DNA of 64,000 nt from an uncultured Gammaproteobacteria bacterium (GTDB lineage: Bacteria > Pseudomonadota > Gammaproteobacteria > UBA9214). The notes under the pieces were generated by a model. That model was not told the DNA's origin. It saw nothing but the letters and a program-made list of their open reading frames with translations, and ran no database searches. Position numbers and translations under genes: made by a program. The stretch spans positions 64,001 through 128,000 of the forward strand of contig CAVYZN010000009.1 of NCBI GenBank assembly GCA_963773065.1. The letters run 5' to 3'. Below, one piece after another: positions 63,303 to 64,000 of this stretch; the first letter of the stretch is position 1, and each line of letters starts with the position of its first letter.

Positions 63303-64000
63303 GCCGCCTATGCCAGATCGCGGCTGACCGGCCGTGCGGATCGCGACAACACGGTGTCGCCCTGGTCACGGCCCTGCTGGTGGTGAGCCTGGTCACGGTG
63401 CTTGCGGTGGCCATGGCCACCCACCAGCAAGTCGACGTTCGGCTGACCGGCAACCTTGTGCACGGGGAGCAGGCCTATGCCTACGCCCTGGCCGCGGAAA
63501 GCTGGGCGCGGGTCATCCTGCGCCGTGATGAGAGCGAAAGTGATCATGATTCGCTGGATGAGGACTGGGCCACGGCCTTGCCGCCCATCGCCGTGGAGGG
63601 TGGGCAGGTGAGCGGCAAGATCGAGGACCTGCAAGGGCGTTTCAACATCAACAATCTGGTGATGCCGGACGGCACAGTCAGCGAGGCGGACCTGGCGTAT
63701 TTTCAGCGTCTGCTGGAAATCCTGAATCTGGAACCGACGCTGGCGGATGCCCTGATCGACTGGATCGACGCTGATATCAATGTCAGGTTCCCCGATGGCG
63801 CCGAGGATGAGAATTACCTGAACGGGGCGGTTCCGTACCGCACGGCCAACCGCCCCCTGGTCAGTAGCAGCGAGTTGCGCCTGGTGAAGGGATTCGATCA
63901 AACTGCCGTGCAGTTACTCGCGCCCTACGTGACGGCGCTGGCGCAGCGGACGCACCTAAACGTGAATACGGCGCCGCCGCTCGTGTTACTGGCATTGCAT
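63299..64000 (+). CDS. gspK: type II secretion minor pseudopilin K, runs off the window end
   Basis: ATGA overlap with gspJ; QHGVALVTALLVV, DSLDEDWA, IEDLQGRFNINNL, LIDWIDAD, SELRLVKG. Confidence 0.93.
   Translation, partial: MSRLCQIAADRPCGSRQHGVALVTALLVVSLVTVLAVAMATHQQVDVRLTGNLVHGEQAYAYALAAESWARVILRRDESESDHDSLDEDWATALPPIAVEGGQVSGKIEDLQGRFNINNLVMPDGTVSEADLAYFQRLLEILNLEPTLADALIDWIDADINVRFPDGAEDENYLNGAVPYRTANRPLVSSSELRLVKGFDQTAVQLLAPYVTALAQRTHLNVNTAPPLVLLALH

Noticed and set aside
1-64000. tRNA, rRNA, integrase or prophage genes
   Set aside because: None recognised by eye; tRNAscan or Infernal would be needed to exclude small RNAs

Overview
A gammaproteobacterial chromosome window. Many single-base frameshifts, including in housekeeping genes, point to an error-prone long-read assembly. 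GC-rich core blocks are uspA, moxR-DUF58-tgpA; mpl-adk / pfp-hppA; and dedA-hemL-thiE-thiD, rubredoxin, gspGHIJK. They are interleaved with two lower-GC accessory blocks: a Wzy-type, probably sulfated exopolysaccharide cluster (9-17.7 kb), and a glycosyltransferase/modification block with an IS66 element (26.7-41.7 kb) followed by a surface-protein locus (42-54.4 kb). The surface-protein locus is the most interesting part. It holds three paralogous exported proteins with different stalks (5 Ig repeats, 3 Ig repeats, or a Pro-Ser-Thr microsatellite) and one shared FN3-like C-terminal domain that appears to lack its first strand. These genes surround a GlrK/QseG/GlrR (QseEGF) system. GlrR-type TGTC-N10-GACA boxes plus sigma54 promoters precede two of them, and a similar set precedes a distant secreted protein whose C-terminus resembles the missing FN3 strand. 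A near-identical second glrR copy sits directly behind one predicted GlrR target gene, suggesting positive feedback. All calls come from reading the sequence; no searches were run.
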